Of a DNA stretch of 64,000 nucleotides, positions 36,423 to 45,647 are shown one piece after another. The notes below the pieces were generated by a model that was given only the letters and a program-made list of their open reading frames with translations, had not been told where the DNA came from and did not search any database. The stretch's first letter is position 1. Each line of letters starts with the position of its first letter. The DNA comes from a virus, in the IMG/VR virus record IMGVR_UViG_3300035698_014711, positions 9,297 through 73,296 of that record; one strand, written 5' to 3'. The position numbers and the translations under genes were made by a program.

Positions 36423-36605
36423 GCAATATAGTTTATTGTATTACCATTAGTCTTCCACGGGCATTACAGCCGGTGTTCCTGTCCTCTCAACGGATATCCT
36501 CACGGGCCGAAGTAGAGTTAGAAGGGTCACTCCCGAGGTGGTTAGTCCTCATTATGACGAGCTGATGTGGAACTTATTGTTCCGACCCTGTGTTTCCTTA
36601 ATTAT

Positions 36606-36636
36606 TGTATAACATAACCTTTTGTCACTGTAAACC
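36606..36636 (-). promoter_or_regulatory. Early promoter at the head of the tRNA array
   Basis: GTTTACA..TATGTTATAC. Confidence 0.75.
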
Positions 36637-36644
36637 ACTAAATG

Positions 36645-36679
36645 CAAAAACCTCAGTCTTTTTAGAAGACTGAGGTTGC
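36645..36679 (-). terminator. Intrinsic terminator (candidate attenuator)
   Basis: AACCTCAGTCTT-ctaaa-AAGACTGAGGTT-TTT. Confidence 0.8.
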
Positions 36680-36704
36680 AAAATTACTTTATGTAAATTT
36701 GATC

Positions 36705-36791
36705 TCAGCAGCAGTATACCTCAATATCTCTCCCAAAGGAGAGGCGTGTCGGTAAGCCTGAATAATTTGATTTTTGCCAATGGGCTGTCAT
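36705..36791 (-). CDS. 28-aa leader peptide containing all 20 amino acids
   Basis: MTAHWQKSNYSGLPTRLSFGRDIEVYCC*; CAGGA RBS; late promoter upstream, terminator downstream. Confidence 0.75.
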   Translation of the reverse strand: MTAHWQKSNYSGLPTRLSFGRDIEVYCC

Positions 36792-36836
36792 AATAGTTCC
36801 TGTTGGGAGGAATAATTCCCTGCCCTTTTATATACT

Positions 36837-36844
36837 TATTTATA
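36837..36844 (-). promoter_or_regulatory. Late promoter TATAAATA in the loop of a 12-bp inverted repeat
   Basis: ATTCCCTGCTCT..TATAAATA..AGGGCAGGGAAT. Confidence 0.75.
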
Positions 36845-36888
36845 CAACTAGAGCAGGGAATGTGTCTTTTTCTTATCTTTTTTGCAAC

Positions 36889-38268
36889 TTAAATTGCTGC
36901 ATTTTTCCGAACTGTTGAGAAGGAAGTATCACGTAGAAGCTTTCCATCAAGAAAGACATCCTCAAGAAGATTTACTTCCCCAGCCTTGAGATCACTTTCA
37001 CGGAATGTTTCCTTACCATTGTAGGCGAGACGGCCTCTCTTGGAAGTTTTACCTCCGTGGATAGGATCTTTCCAAGTATCAATCCAAGCTTCGCCTTTAT
37101 GAATTGCAGAAGCTTTCATTGCATAGCCAAGAGTGTCTCGGCTTACATTCTGGAGAAGTCCTCCACCCATTCCGAAGGCAATATTCTCAGTTGAGATTCC
37201 TTGAATTTCAAGATTATCAAGGATTTTTGGAAGTGATGTAGAATCAATGCCGTCACCTTGAATGACTCGAATATAAGGAGGAAGTACTTTATAGCCTTTT
37301 GAATTGGTAGTATATCCGAACTCTTCCATTAGAATTTTAATGACTTCAATCGGAACAACGGTTGGAGAGCCTGAGTCTGGACGGATAACAAGAGTGCCGC
37401 CTGAGTTGATAATCATATCTTTAAACTCTCGGCCTACAATGTTCCTTGCCATATTGTAGATATCATAGGAATCAGACACCATGGCCAGGAGTTTTCCCTC
37501 ACCAGAGAAAAGTGTCATCATATTTTTAAGAGCTTCTGCTTCGCCTTCACGGCCCCATGAAGTCACGGTGGAGTGTTCTGAGGCGGGAATAGAGAATCCT
37601 GCCATATCTTCACCATAGTAGTGACGAGCTCCAAGAAGACCGGCAACTGTGTCGGTTCCCATAAAGTTCACAAGGTGAGCGGTTCCACCAAGCATTGCTT
37701 GTTCAAGACAAGTAGCACCACGAGCACCAAAGTCATGCAATTTGAAAGCAATCTGATCAGCAACTGGCACATCAGACGTAATTTCAAGTGCATTGGCGAT
37801 GTGTAGCTTCATGTTTCTCGATACTGTTGCAACTGTTGACGGATACCACACAGCTCGAAGCAAGGCAGTTTCAATAAAGCTTGGCAACCAAGAGCAATTT
37901 TCATCAGTATTGATAATCTGGACTTGCACATTTGAAGATTCCATAACAGTTCCTTCTGGAACAGCCTGGATTCTCAGGGGTAAATAGCCACTGTGTTCTA
38001 GCAAAATGTATTCCCAATCTTCCCGATAGAAAGGGAGACCGTGAGCTAGGATAATCATTTCCGCTTCATTGATATCAGCTTGGGTGAAAGGTTCTAGAAG
38101 ATATTCTTTAATGAACATCTGCAATCCAAAGAACACAGTCACCTTATCAGCCTTGCGAGCTTCAATATATGAGTTTACAAACTTGATGTCTGGAGCCCAT
38201 TGCCGGGGTTGGCTATACTTATAGCTATCAGAATTGAGAATTAGATTGGCGATTAGATTATTTCTCAT
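36889..38268 (-). CDS. nadV: Nicotinamide phosphoribosyltransferase
   Basis: SDSYKYSQ..HDFGARG..PASEHS..SDSYD..IRPDSG..IQGDG..AFGMGG. Confidence 0.95.
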   Translation of the reverse strand: MRNNLIANLILNSDSYKYSQPRQWAPDIKFVNSYIEARKADKVTVFFGLQMFIKEYLLEPFTQADINEAEMIILAHGLPFYREDWEYILLEHSGYLPLRIQAVPEGTVMESSNVQVQIINTDENCSWLPSFIETALLRAVWYPSTVATVSRNMKLHIANALEITSDVPVADQIAFKLHDFGARGATCLEQAMLGGTAHLVNFMGTDTVAGLLGARHYYGEDMAGFSIPASEHSTVTSWGREGEAEALKNMMTLFSGEGKLLAMVSDSYDIYNMARNIVGREFKDMIINSGGTLVIRPDSGSPTVVPIEVIKILMEEFGYTTNSKGYKVLPPYIRVIQGDGIDSTSLPKILDNLEIQGISTENIAFGMGGGLLQNVSRDTLGYAMKASAIHKGEAWIDTWKDPIHGGKTSKRGRLAYNGKETFRESDLKAGEVNLLEDVFLDGKLLRDTSFSTVRKNAAI

Positions 38269-38297
38269 GTTACAAAACTTCCTTTTGTATCTTTAAC

Positions 38298-39323
38298 TTA
38301 ACTGATGCTTGTGAACCAGTCGATGATATGAAAATGGTCTTCAGATAGTTGGGTTGGATCGATATTACTTAGAGACATCCAAAATGCCTTCTTTGCATCA
38401 TCACCACCTTTTACCTTGGGCAACTTCTTTTGGAAGCCAAGGTCAATGTGATATGCTGTAGTGATGGTCCGTCCTCGAGTTGATCTTTGAGGATAATCGA
38501 AAGTCTTAATAGATTTGATACTTCCGTCCAGAACCTTTTTGGGAACTTTCAGACATGTCTCTTCTTCAAGCTCACGGAGTGCTGCATTTCTGAGAGTCTC
38601 ATACTCATTGATGAAACCTCCTGGAAGAGCAAGAAGGCCTTTACCTGGGTTATTCGCCCGTTCAACCATCAAGACACAGCCGGAGCAAGTCACAACTGAA
38701 TCTGCAGTCTGAAAGATTGGAGGGTATTTACCTGTAGAAGTTGTCTGCTTATAGATCCGAGTTTCTTCATATTCATCTCGAAGAAGAGACCAGAAAGGCT
38801 GCTGAGTCTGAGTCTTGAAAATCTGAAAAGCAGCATCAGGCATCAGACTCGTGACTTCATCAGATCGATCACTTAGATAATGAGTATAAGCAAAGTTTCG
38901 GATGTCGGTAGCATTGACATCACCAAACGAATCTACTTCAATCTTGTCCCAGAAGGGAAACATATCCAGATAGAAAGTGGTCTCGTCTTTGCCGTGCCCA
39001 AGAATTGCAATCTTAAGAGGCAGATTTTGCCAGTTGATCTCAATAGATTCATGGACTGCAGTCTGAACTCGGGCTACCCATTTGTGATCATCATAAGGAC
39101 AATCTTGGACAGCAGCGGTCTGTACTGAATACTCAGGAAAAACTGCTTTGAGCTGAGCTCTTCGTTCATTATATGTGAGGGGATTGCGTAAGTCTCTAGC
39201 TTGGTTAGTGGATCCATAGACCCAAATAACATGTTTGCCTTTTTCTTTGGCACATTTAACTAGATGCTCATGTGCCTTTGAGAACGGCGAGGCACGGCCG
39301 ATAATTACTATTACGTCATACAT
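38298..39323 (-). CDS. Bifunctional NMN adenylyltransferase / Nudix hydrolase (NadM-Nudix)
   Basis: IGRASPFSKAH..RNPL..NATDIR; LALPGGF..ALRELEEET..GGDDA. Confidence 0.92.
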   Translation of the reverse strand: MYDVIVIIGRASPFSKAHEHLVKCAKEKGKHVIWVYGSTNQARDLRNPLTYNERRAQLKAVFPEYSVQTAAVQDCPYDDHKWVARVQTAVHESIEINWQNLPLKIAILGHGKDETTFYLDMFPFWDKIEVDSFGDVNATDIRNFAYTHYLSDRSDEVTSLMPDAAFQIFKTQTQQPFWSLLRDEYEETRIYKQTTSTGKYPPIFQTADSVVTCSGCVLMVERANNPGKGLLALPGGFINEYETLRNAALRELEEETCLKVPKKVLDGSIKSIKTFDYPQRSTRGRTITTAYHIDLGFQKKLPKVKGGDDAKKAFWMSLSNIDPTQLSEDHFHIIDWFTSIS

Positions 39324-39471
39324 GCAAAACTTCCTTTTGCTTCATTTGTATAGTTATTTATCAAGATAGACACCTTCTTTGAGTATATCTAAGATTTGTT
39401 TTCGAGTTGAATCTGGGATTGCATCACTACTTGTCAGATACTTATAACATACTCAAGGAGTGATGTAAACC

Positions 39472-39705
39472 TTACTTTACAGCACTAATAGGATATTCCA
39501 TCTGAATGGCTTTCATATCAATTTCCTTAAGTTGTAGCTCAAGGGCAGTTTCATATGTGTAGCCCTTCTTTTCAATACGCTTTTTAGCAACACTGTGCTG
39601 GTGACGGAGATATGCCAACTCAACAATTGCATCACCAGCACCCTTCTTAAAGACAGATGAAAGATTATATCCGCAGATCTGAGCAAGTATTTTAGTCTTA
39701 GCCAT
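39472..39705 (-). CDS. Hypothetical protein
   Basis: Coupled ORF. Confidence 0.5.
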   Translation of the reverse strand: MAKTKILAQICGYNLSSVFKKGAGDAIVELAYLRHQHSVAKKRIEKKGYTYETALELQLKEIDMKAIQMEYPISAVK

Positions 39706-40090
39706 TGTACTGATCCTTTATAAGTTGCAACATTTTCTGTAGAAAGTTATAAGTCTTGGGTGATTTTTCTTCCATCATAGATAATCCGGTGCCAATGCCG
39801 TCACTTGGTAGAACAATAATCTTACCGAGCTTTAGATTATTCAGAACTCTCTCGAAGTCTGTTGTCATATGTTTTACATTCTGATGGAAGTGCTCATCAT
39901 CAAAGAATGCATCCTCATCCATGCTTGGGCTTTTCTTTGTAGCAATGCCTATTGCGTTCGGTTCACCTCGCATCTCTTTGGCTTGGCCGCCATAACCTCG
40001 GCGCTCCAGATTGTCTCCAAAGATGTAGAGCTTGTCTTTGTTCTCTCGAACATCAGCTCTGGTGATAAATTTTTGATAGATAATAGGCAT
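39698..40090 (-). CDS. Conserved phage protein, macrodomain-like
   Basis: YIFGDN..GYGGQA..RGEPNAIGIATK..DGIGTGL. Confidence 0.65.
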   Translation of the reverse strand: MPIIYQKFITRADVRENKDKLYIFGDNLERRGYGGQAKEMRGEPNAIGIATKKSPSMDEDAFFDDEHFHQNVKHMTTDFERVLNNLKLGKIIVLPSDGIGTGLSMMEEKSPKTYNFLQKMLQLIKDQYNG

Positions 40091-40271
40091 TGAATTCCTT
40101 ATTTAAACTCCCATGGGTCACTGTTATCAACAATCTTATAGTCTTCGCCATTCTTTTCAATATATGCATAATTAGATTCAGTTGTAACCATAATCTTACT
40201 TATCACATAAACAATACCAAAGACAGTAAGAGCAATGATCATAAGAATTGTAAGCAAAGCAATATATTCCA

Positions 40272-40739
40272 TTAGATGTATTCTCCACGTTTTGCAATTT
40301 CATTTAAGTCCTGACCGAAGAAGATAATCTTATTCAGATCATAGTCTTCTGTTGCACCTTCTTTTTGACCGAGTCTATACAAAGCCTTGAAGATATCTGA
40401 TCTTGATTTACCCATTGCTGAGTAGCTAATCAGATGCCTAAGTTCACACGTATGCTCCGGTATTGCAGCCTTCTCGTAATCAACTCTAGGAAATGTATAA
40501 AATGGCTCAATAGTCTCAGCGTTTGGGCTTTTAATCAATTGGCTCAAGTAGTAAATAGAGGCCAAGGTCTGACGCTTTACCATATATTCCTCACAGAAAG
40601 AATACAGATAGCATAAACAGAATAGATCTAAGCGGGCACCAGACATTCCCTTATATTCGCCTACTTCTTGAATTGTCTTGAACTCTGTAGGGATCTCATA
40701 GTATGATGAAGAACCTCCATCAGATTTAAATTTAGTCAT
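40272..40739 (-). CDS. DUF3310-like protein
   Basis: SDGGSSSYY..IFKALYRLGQK..YDLNKI. Confidence 0.55.
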   Translation of the reverse strand: MTKFKSDGGSSSYYEIPTEFKTIQEVGEYKGMSGARLDLFCLCYLYSFCEEYMVKRQTLASIYYLSQLIKSPNAETIEPFYTFPRVDYEKAAIPEHTCELRHLISYSAMGKSRSDIFKALYRLGQKEGATEDYDLNKIIFFGQDLNEIAKRGEYI

Positions 40740-41107
40740 TAATCATCCTATTTTTCTTAACATTAACTTCAGCAGTGCCCATGTCTTGATCAAACTTAAT
40801 CTCAAGCAATACCGTGACAGAATTGTCTTTCATAGCACTATCGCGCCATTGGGGAAGATGGATAAGAGATTGGGCATAAGTGCCACCACGACCTAATGCA
40901 ACCCAATAAGTTTCGGTTGACATACTATTTATCATATAAATTCATATGTTATTCAATTCTTCCTGGATAGAAACTGCAGCATACAGTTCCTTTCCGGACT
41001 CAACATGTTCTAACATTAGCAAGATTTCATCAACGGATACACCATTGAAGATTGCATCACACAGAGCTGCTCGAGTCCAAGCAAAATCATTGTTCGGATC
41101 TATATAC

Positions 41108-41386
41108 TCAGACACCAGTATCTCCCATCTCGATGCACCAGAGCTGCTTGCTCATGTCCCAGATATAATAGACAGGACCGTAGTAGTCCGTGTGAAGAAA
41201 GAAAGAAGTATCTGTGATCTTTTCAACACGGTCAGGAAATAGTGACAGGAAGTTCTCAAAAAGAGCTACCTCCTCGAAACACATCTCTGCCGCGGAAAAT
41301 GGGATGTGTACTTCTTGAGCATATGCTGGAGCTGAACTACAGGTAGCGAGAGCTCCAAGAAGAGCCATTGCAAAATAATTTTTCAT
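41108..41386 (-). CDS. Secreted hypothetical protein
   Basis: Signal peptide ending AYA. Confidence 0.5.
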   Translation of the reverse strand: MKNYFAMALLGALATCSSAPAYAQEVHIPFSAAEMCFEEVALFENFLSLFPDRVEKITDTSFFLHTDYYGPVYYIWDMSKQLWCIEMGDTGV

Positions 41387-41387
41387 A

Positions 41388-41711
41388 TTACAGACCTCGG
41401 TTCAAAAATGCAGTAACAGTTATATGGCCGTTGTGCCAGGAAGTTGCAAACAGATGTTCAAGAGCGCCGCTGAGATTGGATGAAACTATCTCTTCTTTCC
41501 AGGTCTGTCCTGAGATTCGACTTTTTGCTTCATAAGCATCATTATAGGTGGCGGTGCCTCTAAAGAAATTTGCGATGATCTTAAAATCAGGCCGATATTT
41601 TGTGAAGCGTGCCCGCGATGCATACAGAGCAATGTCTACAAAGGCAGCCTTGCGCTCGGCTCGGAATTTAGCTTCATCAGCTTGTGTCATATACATAGGC
41701 ATTTGATTCAC
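41388..41711 (-). CDS. Hypothetical protein
   Basis: Strong AAGGAG RBS. Confidence 0.55.
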   Translation of the reverse strand: MNQMPMYMTQADEAKFRAERKAAFVDIALYASRARFTKYRPDFKIIANFFRGTATYNDAYEAKSRISGQTWKEEIVSSNLSGALEHLFATSWHNGHITVTAFLNRGL

Positions 41712-41967
41712 TCCTTACCGTGGGGGGCGTTTACGATAAGAGTATCTAGAATTTGACCCGGAGTTTGGTAGCCGTCAGATGCCTCAAGAACCCGGCCCAA
41801 ATAACCCAAAGTTATTGTACGCTTGATGCCGTCTCCACAAATTACCTCAATTGTATGAGTCTCAACATGGGGAATAATATCAAACATAGAAGCTGGTACA
41901 TTGGGCTGATATGTAGTGAGATTGAATGATGTAGTGAGGGTCATTTTAGTTGAATGTTTCATTTGGT

Positions 41968-42017
41968 TCACTCCTTGGTTAAGTATACTTTAACACAACC
42001 AAGGAGCAATGTAAACC
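41968..42017 (-). promoter_or_regulatory. Early promoter with stem-loop (PeSL-like)
   Basis: CTCCTTGGTT/AACCAAGGAG inverted repeat. Confidence 0.7.
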
Positions 42018-42169
42018 ATTATTTTAATTATTTTTAGATAGAAGGGCTTGTGGCACCTACAAAAGAAGTCCTTTCAGACTTTAGTCTCGCAGATCATGAG
42101 TTTTCTCTCCAGACCTAATAGCCTGGAAAAAATGATTCCACGATTTTACTGTGTGTACAGTAGGTTCCA

Positions 42170-42568
42170 TTAGTACTTCTTTCCGCCTTCGGCTTTACGG
42201 TTGGCGAGCTTATGGTCAGCTCGGCTCTTATTAAACCGGTTCTTCTCGATGAAGGAACCTGCAATATCAAGAGCATTTGCTCCTGCTGTATCCATCATAC
42301 GGATCATACAATCAGCAAACTCTACTTCAGTTCCAGGACGGCCGGGGAGTTTATCATCCATAAGACCTTTTCGGTCAGCTTCAAGAGCTTCAGAAAGTTC
42401 GGAGTGCATCAGTGCTACAACTTCACCAAAGTTCCGTTCAACCAATCCACCTGTTACAGGATCAACATACCATCCAGCATCGGTGGCAGTCTTATGTGCA
42501 AGCATTTGAGCCATTATAAGACCGTCATAAGCAATCTTTTCTTCGTTAGTCATGTTCTCGGGAATCAT
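42170..42568 (-). CDS. MazG-like NTP pyrophosphohydrolase
   Basis: ALMHSELSEALEADRK..EVEFADCMIR. Confidence 0.85.
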   Translation of the reverse strand: MIPENMTNEEKIAYDGLIMAQMLAHKTATDAGWYVDPVTGGLVERNFGEVVALMHSELSEALEADRKGLMDDKLPGRPGTEVEFADCMIRMMDTAGANALDIAGSFIEKNRFNKSRADHKLANRKAEGGKKY

Positions 42569-42870
42569 TATTCTACCTTTTCATAAGTTGCTTCAAAAAT
42601 ATCAGGCTTGCAAGGATATAGTTCACCCTGAACTCCCTGAATAATATAGTCACCCCAAGTTACTCGATGAGTTCCTTCGAGAGTAACAATATCCAATTCA
42701 TCTTCGCCCTTTGAGCTAGGATAATCAGAAGGCTCCAGAGACCCAGATGTGCCATGTTCAGTTTGCCATGCAGCGTGCATCCACTGCGGCCAATCTGCAT
42801 TAGATTTTCTTCGTTCCATTGTCATCTGAAAAGCTTCAATGACAATAGGCTTTTTACGGTACTTGTTCAT
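42568..42870 (-). CDS. Conserved phage protein
   Basis: KYRKKPIVIEA..TLEG..GDYIIQGVQGELYPCKPDIFEATYE. Confidence 0.8.
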   Translation of the reverse strand: MNKYRKKPIVIEAFQMTMERRKSNADWPQWMHAAWQTEHGTSGSLEPSDYPSSKGEDELDIVTLEGTHRVTWGDYIIQGVQGELYPCKPDIFEATYEKVE

Positions 42871-43913
42871 CAGTCACCACCTTTTAGGAGAAATTTATTT
42901 GAGATTACCTTGAAGCTTGTGTCAGTGAAGTTATTCTTCCACACAAGGCCTTCCCTGTATTTATGGGTCAGAGAGGCCCCATCTGCATATTCAAGTGCAT
43001 TTTCTACGGAAGTTGGGTAGTAACCTTTACTATCTAGAATTGGAACTGTAACAAGTCCATTCTGGGAGATAAATGTCCAACGGGCATCAGGAAGTAGATA
43101 AGCTTGGTTCTGAATATCAAAGATATCAAAGATAAAGAACTCACATTCAGATAGTTTCTCACGGTTACCTTGAACTCCAGGGCCCATAATTTCACCTTGG
43201 AAAGCAAACCCTAGTTCTACTTTATCGCCATACTTTAGAGCTTGTTTGACATAGACATTTTCTTTGGTTGATTCTTCAATACGGATTTCCATGTTTCGGC
43301 CCGCAACATGCAGACCTTCATCATCACGCCAGATTGTGCAAGAAGTTCCATCGAGCTTAAGAGAGATTTCCCAGCTATCATGTGTATAATCTGAGAGTTT
43401 TTCAAAACAGTTCTGAATTCGTTCCTGATCTGTTTTAGGAATAAAGCTTGGAAATGTTCCCTTTGCGAGTCCTTGCATTTCAGCAGGGATAGCCTTTTCC
43501 CATTTCTGAATATTAAGAGCTTCGGTAACATCATCACCAGACTCGACAAAAACCATCATTCCACTTCCAGCCCCGTCTGTGTGATGGAAACCGACAACAA
43601 ATCTTCGGTCGCGGACTCTCTCAACGATGTTCAGAATGAGACCTTGGCTGACCTGACCTCGAAGCTTAATTGTCCGAAGACGTTCACCAGCAACCCCATT
43701 ATATTCTCGAGGTGTATGCTCTCTTGAAAGAAAGGGAGCCAAATCATGAGGTACCCAACTATCAATCTCAAGATAAACTACTAGATCACCAATTGTAAAT
43801 TCGCCCTTTTTGACAACTACTTTCCAGCCGTCTACTGTAGCCACTTCAATTGCATCTGCGCCTTCAATTGGATCAAGACCAATGATAGTTCTGACTGTTG
43901 CTAGTTGTCTCAT
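42870..43913 (-). CDS. ATP-dependent RNA ligase (Rnl2/DRB0094 family) with N-terminal OB domain
   Basis: FPSFIPKTDQERIQN..KLDGTS..QGEIMG..FDI..REGLVWK..SFKVISN. Confidence 0.92.
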   Translation of the reverse strand: MRQLATVRTIIGLDPIEGADAIEVATVDGWKVVVKKGEFTIGDLVVYLEIDSWVPHDLAPFLSREHTPREYNGVAGERLRTIKLRGQVSQGLILNIVERVRDRRFVVGFHHTDGAGSGMMVFVESGDDVTEALNIQKWEKAIPAEMQGLAKGTFPSFIPKTDQERIQNCFEKLSDYTHDSWEISLKLDGTSCTIWRDDEGLHVAGRNMEIRIEESTKENVYVKQALKYGDKVELGFAFQGEIMGPGVQGNREKLSECEFFIFDIFDIQNQAYLLPDARWTFISQNGLVTVPILDSKGYYPTSVENALEYADGASLTHKYREGLVWKNNFTDTSFKVISNKFLLKGGD

Positions 43914-44314
43914 AGTTCATCCGCTGCTTTTGTCAAAGCTTCTACTTTTTCCTTAAGTCTGTCCTTCATGCAAGAGGTTTGGTATGCTGAATTTACATAT
44001 TCTGCTCTCGCTTTCCAAACATCAAGAATAAGACTATGCATGGGTGTTTTCTCAGGCTCTACTTCCTCAGGCTCTGCATTCATGGCAGACTCAATGTATG
44101 TATCAATATTAGCAAACATGACTGTATTCCATTTACGGTCTTCATCACCTACAAACGATACTGTTGAAGATGAGCATCCAACCTCAATAGAACTTACTGT
44201 GTATTGCAGGCCGGGTTTAAATACCTTCTTCGCAGCTGCTAGTTGGAAATCATACCCATTTCTACCTAGAAAATAGACACTCTCTCCAGGCTTTGTATCT
44301 AGTCGCATTGTCAT
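43910..44314 (-). CDS. Hypothetical protein
   Basis: Coupled ORF. Confidence 0.55.
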   Translation of the reverse strand: MTMRLDTKPGESVYFLGRNGYDFQLAAAKKVFKPGLQYTVSSIEVGCSSSTVSFVGDEDRKWNTVMFANIDTYIESAMNAEPEEVEPEKTPMHSLILDVWKARAEYVNSAYQTSCMKDRLKEKVEALTKAADEL

Positions 44315-44702
44315 TATTTTCCATTCTCTTTCTAAGCTCTGATGAGCTGAAGTTATGATACCTACTGTTGTAAAAGATCTTTGTGATATGCATACCGGTA
44401 AATGATTTGTTCTTATATTCCATTCCGATAAAGCGGATATCAGGTCTAATCAGTCTCAACATATCAGTTAAATCTTGTTCAGTCTCATATGGGACAATCT
44501 CATCAATATATGATACTGCCTTGAGCTGAATATAGCGTTCAACTAATGATTGAATAGGCTTATTCTTTTCCGGTCTATCAATTGTTGGATCAGTTTGTAA
44601 ACCGACAATTAGTCGGTCACAGTTCTCTTTTGATTCTCTAAGCATAGCAATATGGCCAGCGTGGAGTAAATCAAAGGAGCTGAAGGTAATTCCTGTCTTC
44701 AT
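44262..44702 (-). CDS. Glycerol-3-phosphate cytidylyltransferase-like
   Basis: FDLLHAGH..LIVGLQTDP..RYIQL..FSSSELR. Confidence 0.88.
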   Translation of the reverse strand: MKTGITFSSFDLLHAGHIAMLRESKENCDRLIVGLQTDPTIDRPEKNKPIQSLVERYIQLKAVSYIDEIVPYETEQDLTDMLRLIRPDIRFIGMEYKNKSFTGMHITKIFYNSRYHNFSSSELRKRMENNDNATRYKAWRECLFSR

Positions 44703-44829
44703 CCATTTTCACCAGTCATGAGAAAGAAAAGAAGTAAACCCGAAAAGATCACAAAGACCAAAGGAAACCCGATGATCATACCTAAGAGATACCAGAGCAC
44801 AAAGCCCATGAAAAACATAAAGATAAAGC

Positions 44830-45180
44830 TCATTCTTTTTCCTCCACAAACTTAACAGCTAGCGGACCAAGTATGTTTTCTCCGATACAATATCTACCAT
44901 TGAGATACCAAAGTACCCTTGGCTCGCGATATACTTCTATTGCTCGGAAGAATTTGATATTCGGCCAATCTGCATGCTGAGCTCGAGACCATCCAGGATG
45001 GCCGCCCTCGCCATCCTGAGACCAGAAATATTCTAAAATTGTTTCATCATGTATAGAATCAGGTTGGTAATCAGGTTCCACAGAGTCAGCTTTCCAAGGA
45101 TGCCATTCTCCATCATTAACATCAAGCTTTGGCTTCCGGGTGCACCGAGGCCATCCATTAAGTGAATTATCAGGTCCCAT
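44830..45180 (-). CDS. Hypothetical protein
   Basis: Coupled ORF. Confidence 0.5.
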   Translation of the reverse strand: MGPDNSLNGWPRCTRKPKLDVNDGEWHPWKADSVEPDYQPDSIHDETILEYFWSQDGEGGHPGWSRAQHADWPNIKFFRAIEVYREPRVLWYLNGRYCIGENILGPLAVKFVEEKE

Positions 45181-45587
45181 TATTTATCTCCAAATTTAAG
45201 GGCTAATTTGTCAAATGTTGCTCGTTCAGAAGCTTCAGCTCGGGCTGCTTTCTTTTCAGCAATGCCTACACGGAAGGTGCATTCCAAGTCTGTTTCCATA
45301 CGAGTGCCATACAGTATCATTGATGCAGAACATAAGCAATCATGATGACAGCCGCAATCCATTTCTGCTCGGAAGTGGAGATTGTTATATTCTTTGCCGT
45401 ACAATTTATCAAGTTCAAACATTTTATCAATGATCTCGGTTGGGGATCGGCCGAAGTCAGCCGTCACGTAACCATGAGAATACACAAGCTTTTCACCATC
45501 TAAAACATTCATAGATAGTTCTGCGCCAAAGACCTTCATAGCCTTAGCAACAGTCCCAACCTTGGTAGTGATAGGTTTATTGTCCAT
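45180..45587 (-). CDS. Hypothetical protein
   Basis: Downstream of early promoter at 45610-45641. Confidence 0.55.
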   Translation of the reverse strand: MDNKPITTKVGTVAKAMKVFGAELSMNVLDGEKLVYSHGYVTADFGRSPTEIIDKMFELDKLYGKEYNNLHFRAEMDCGCHHDCLCSASMILYGTRMETDLECTFRVGIAEKKAARAEASERATFDKLALKFGDK

Positions 45588-45647
45588 ACTTTTTCCTAAC
45601 CATTTTTATAACCATAACACAGTGACTATGACTTGTAAACCATTATT

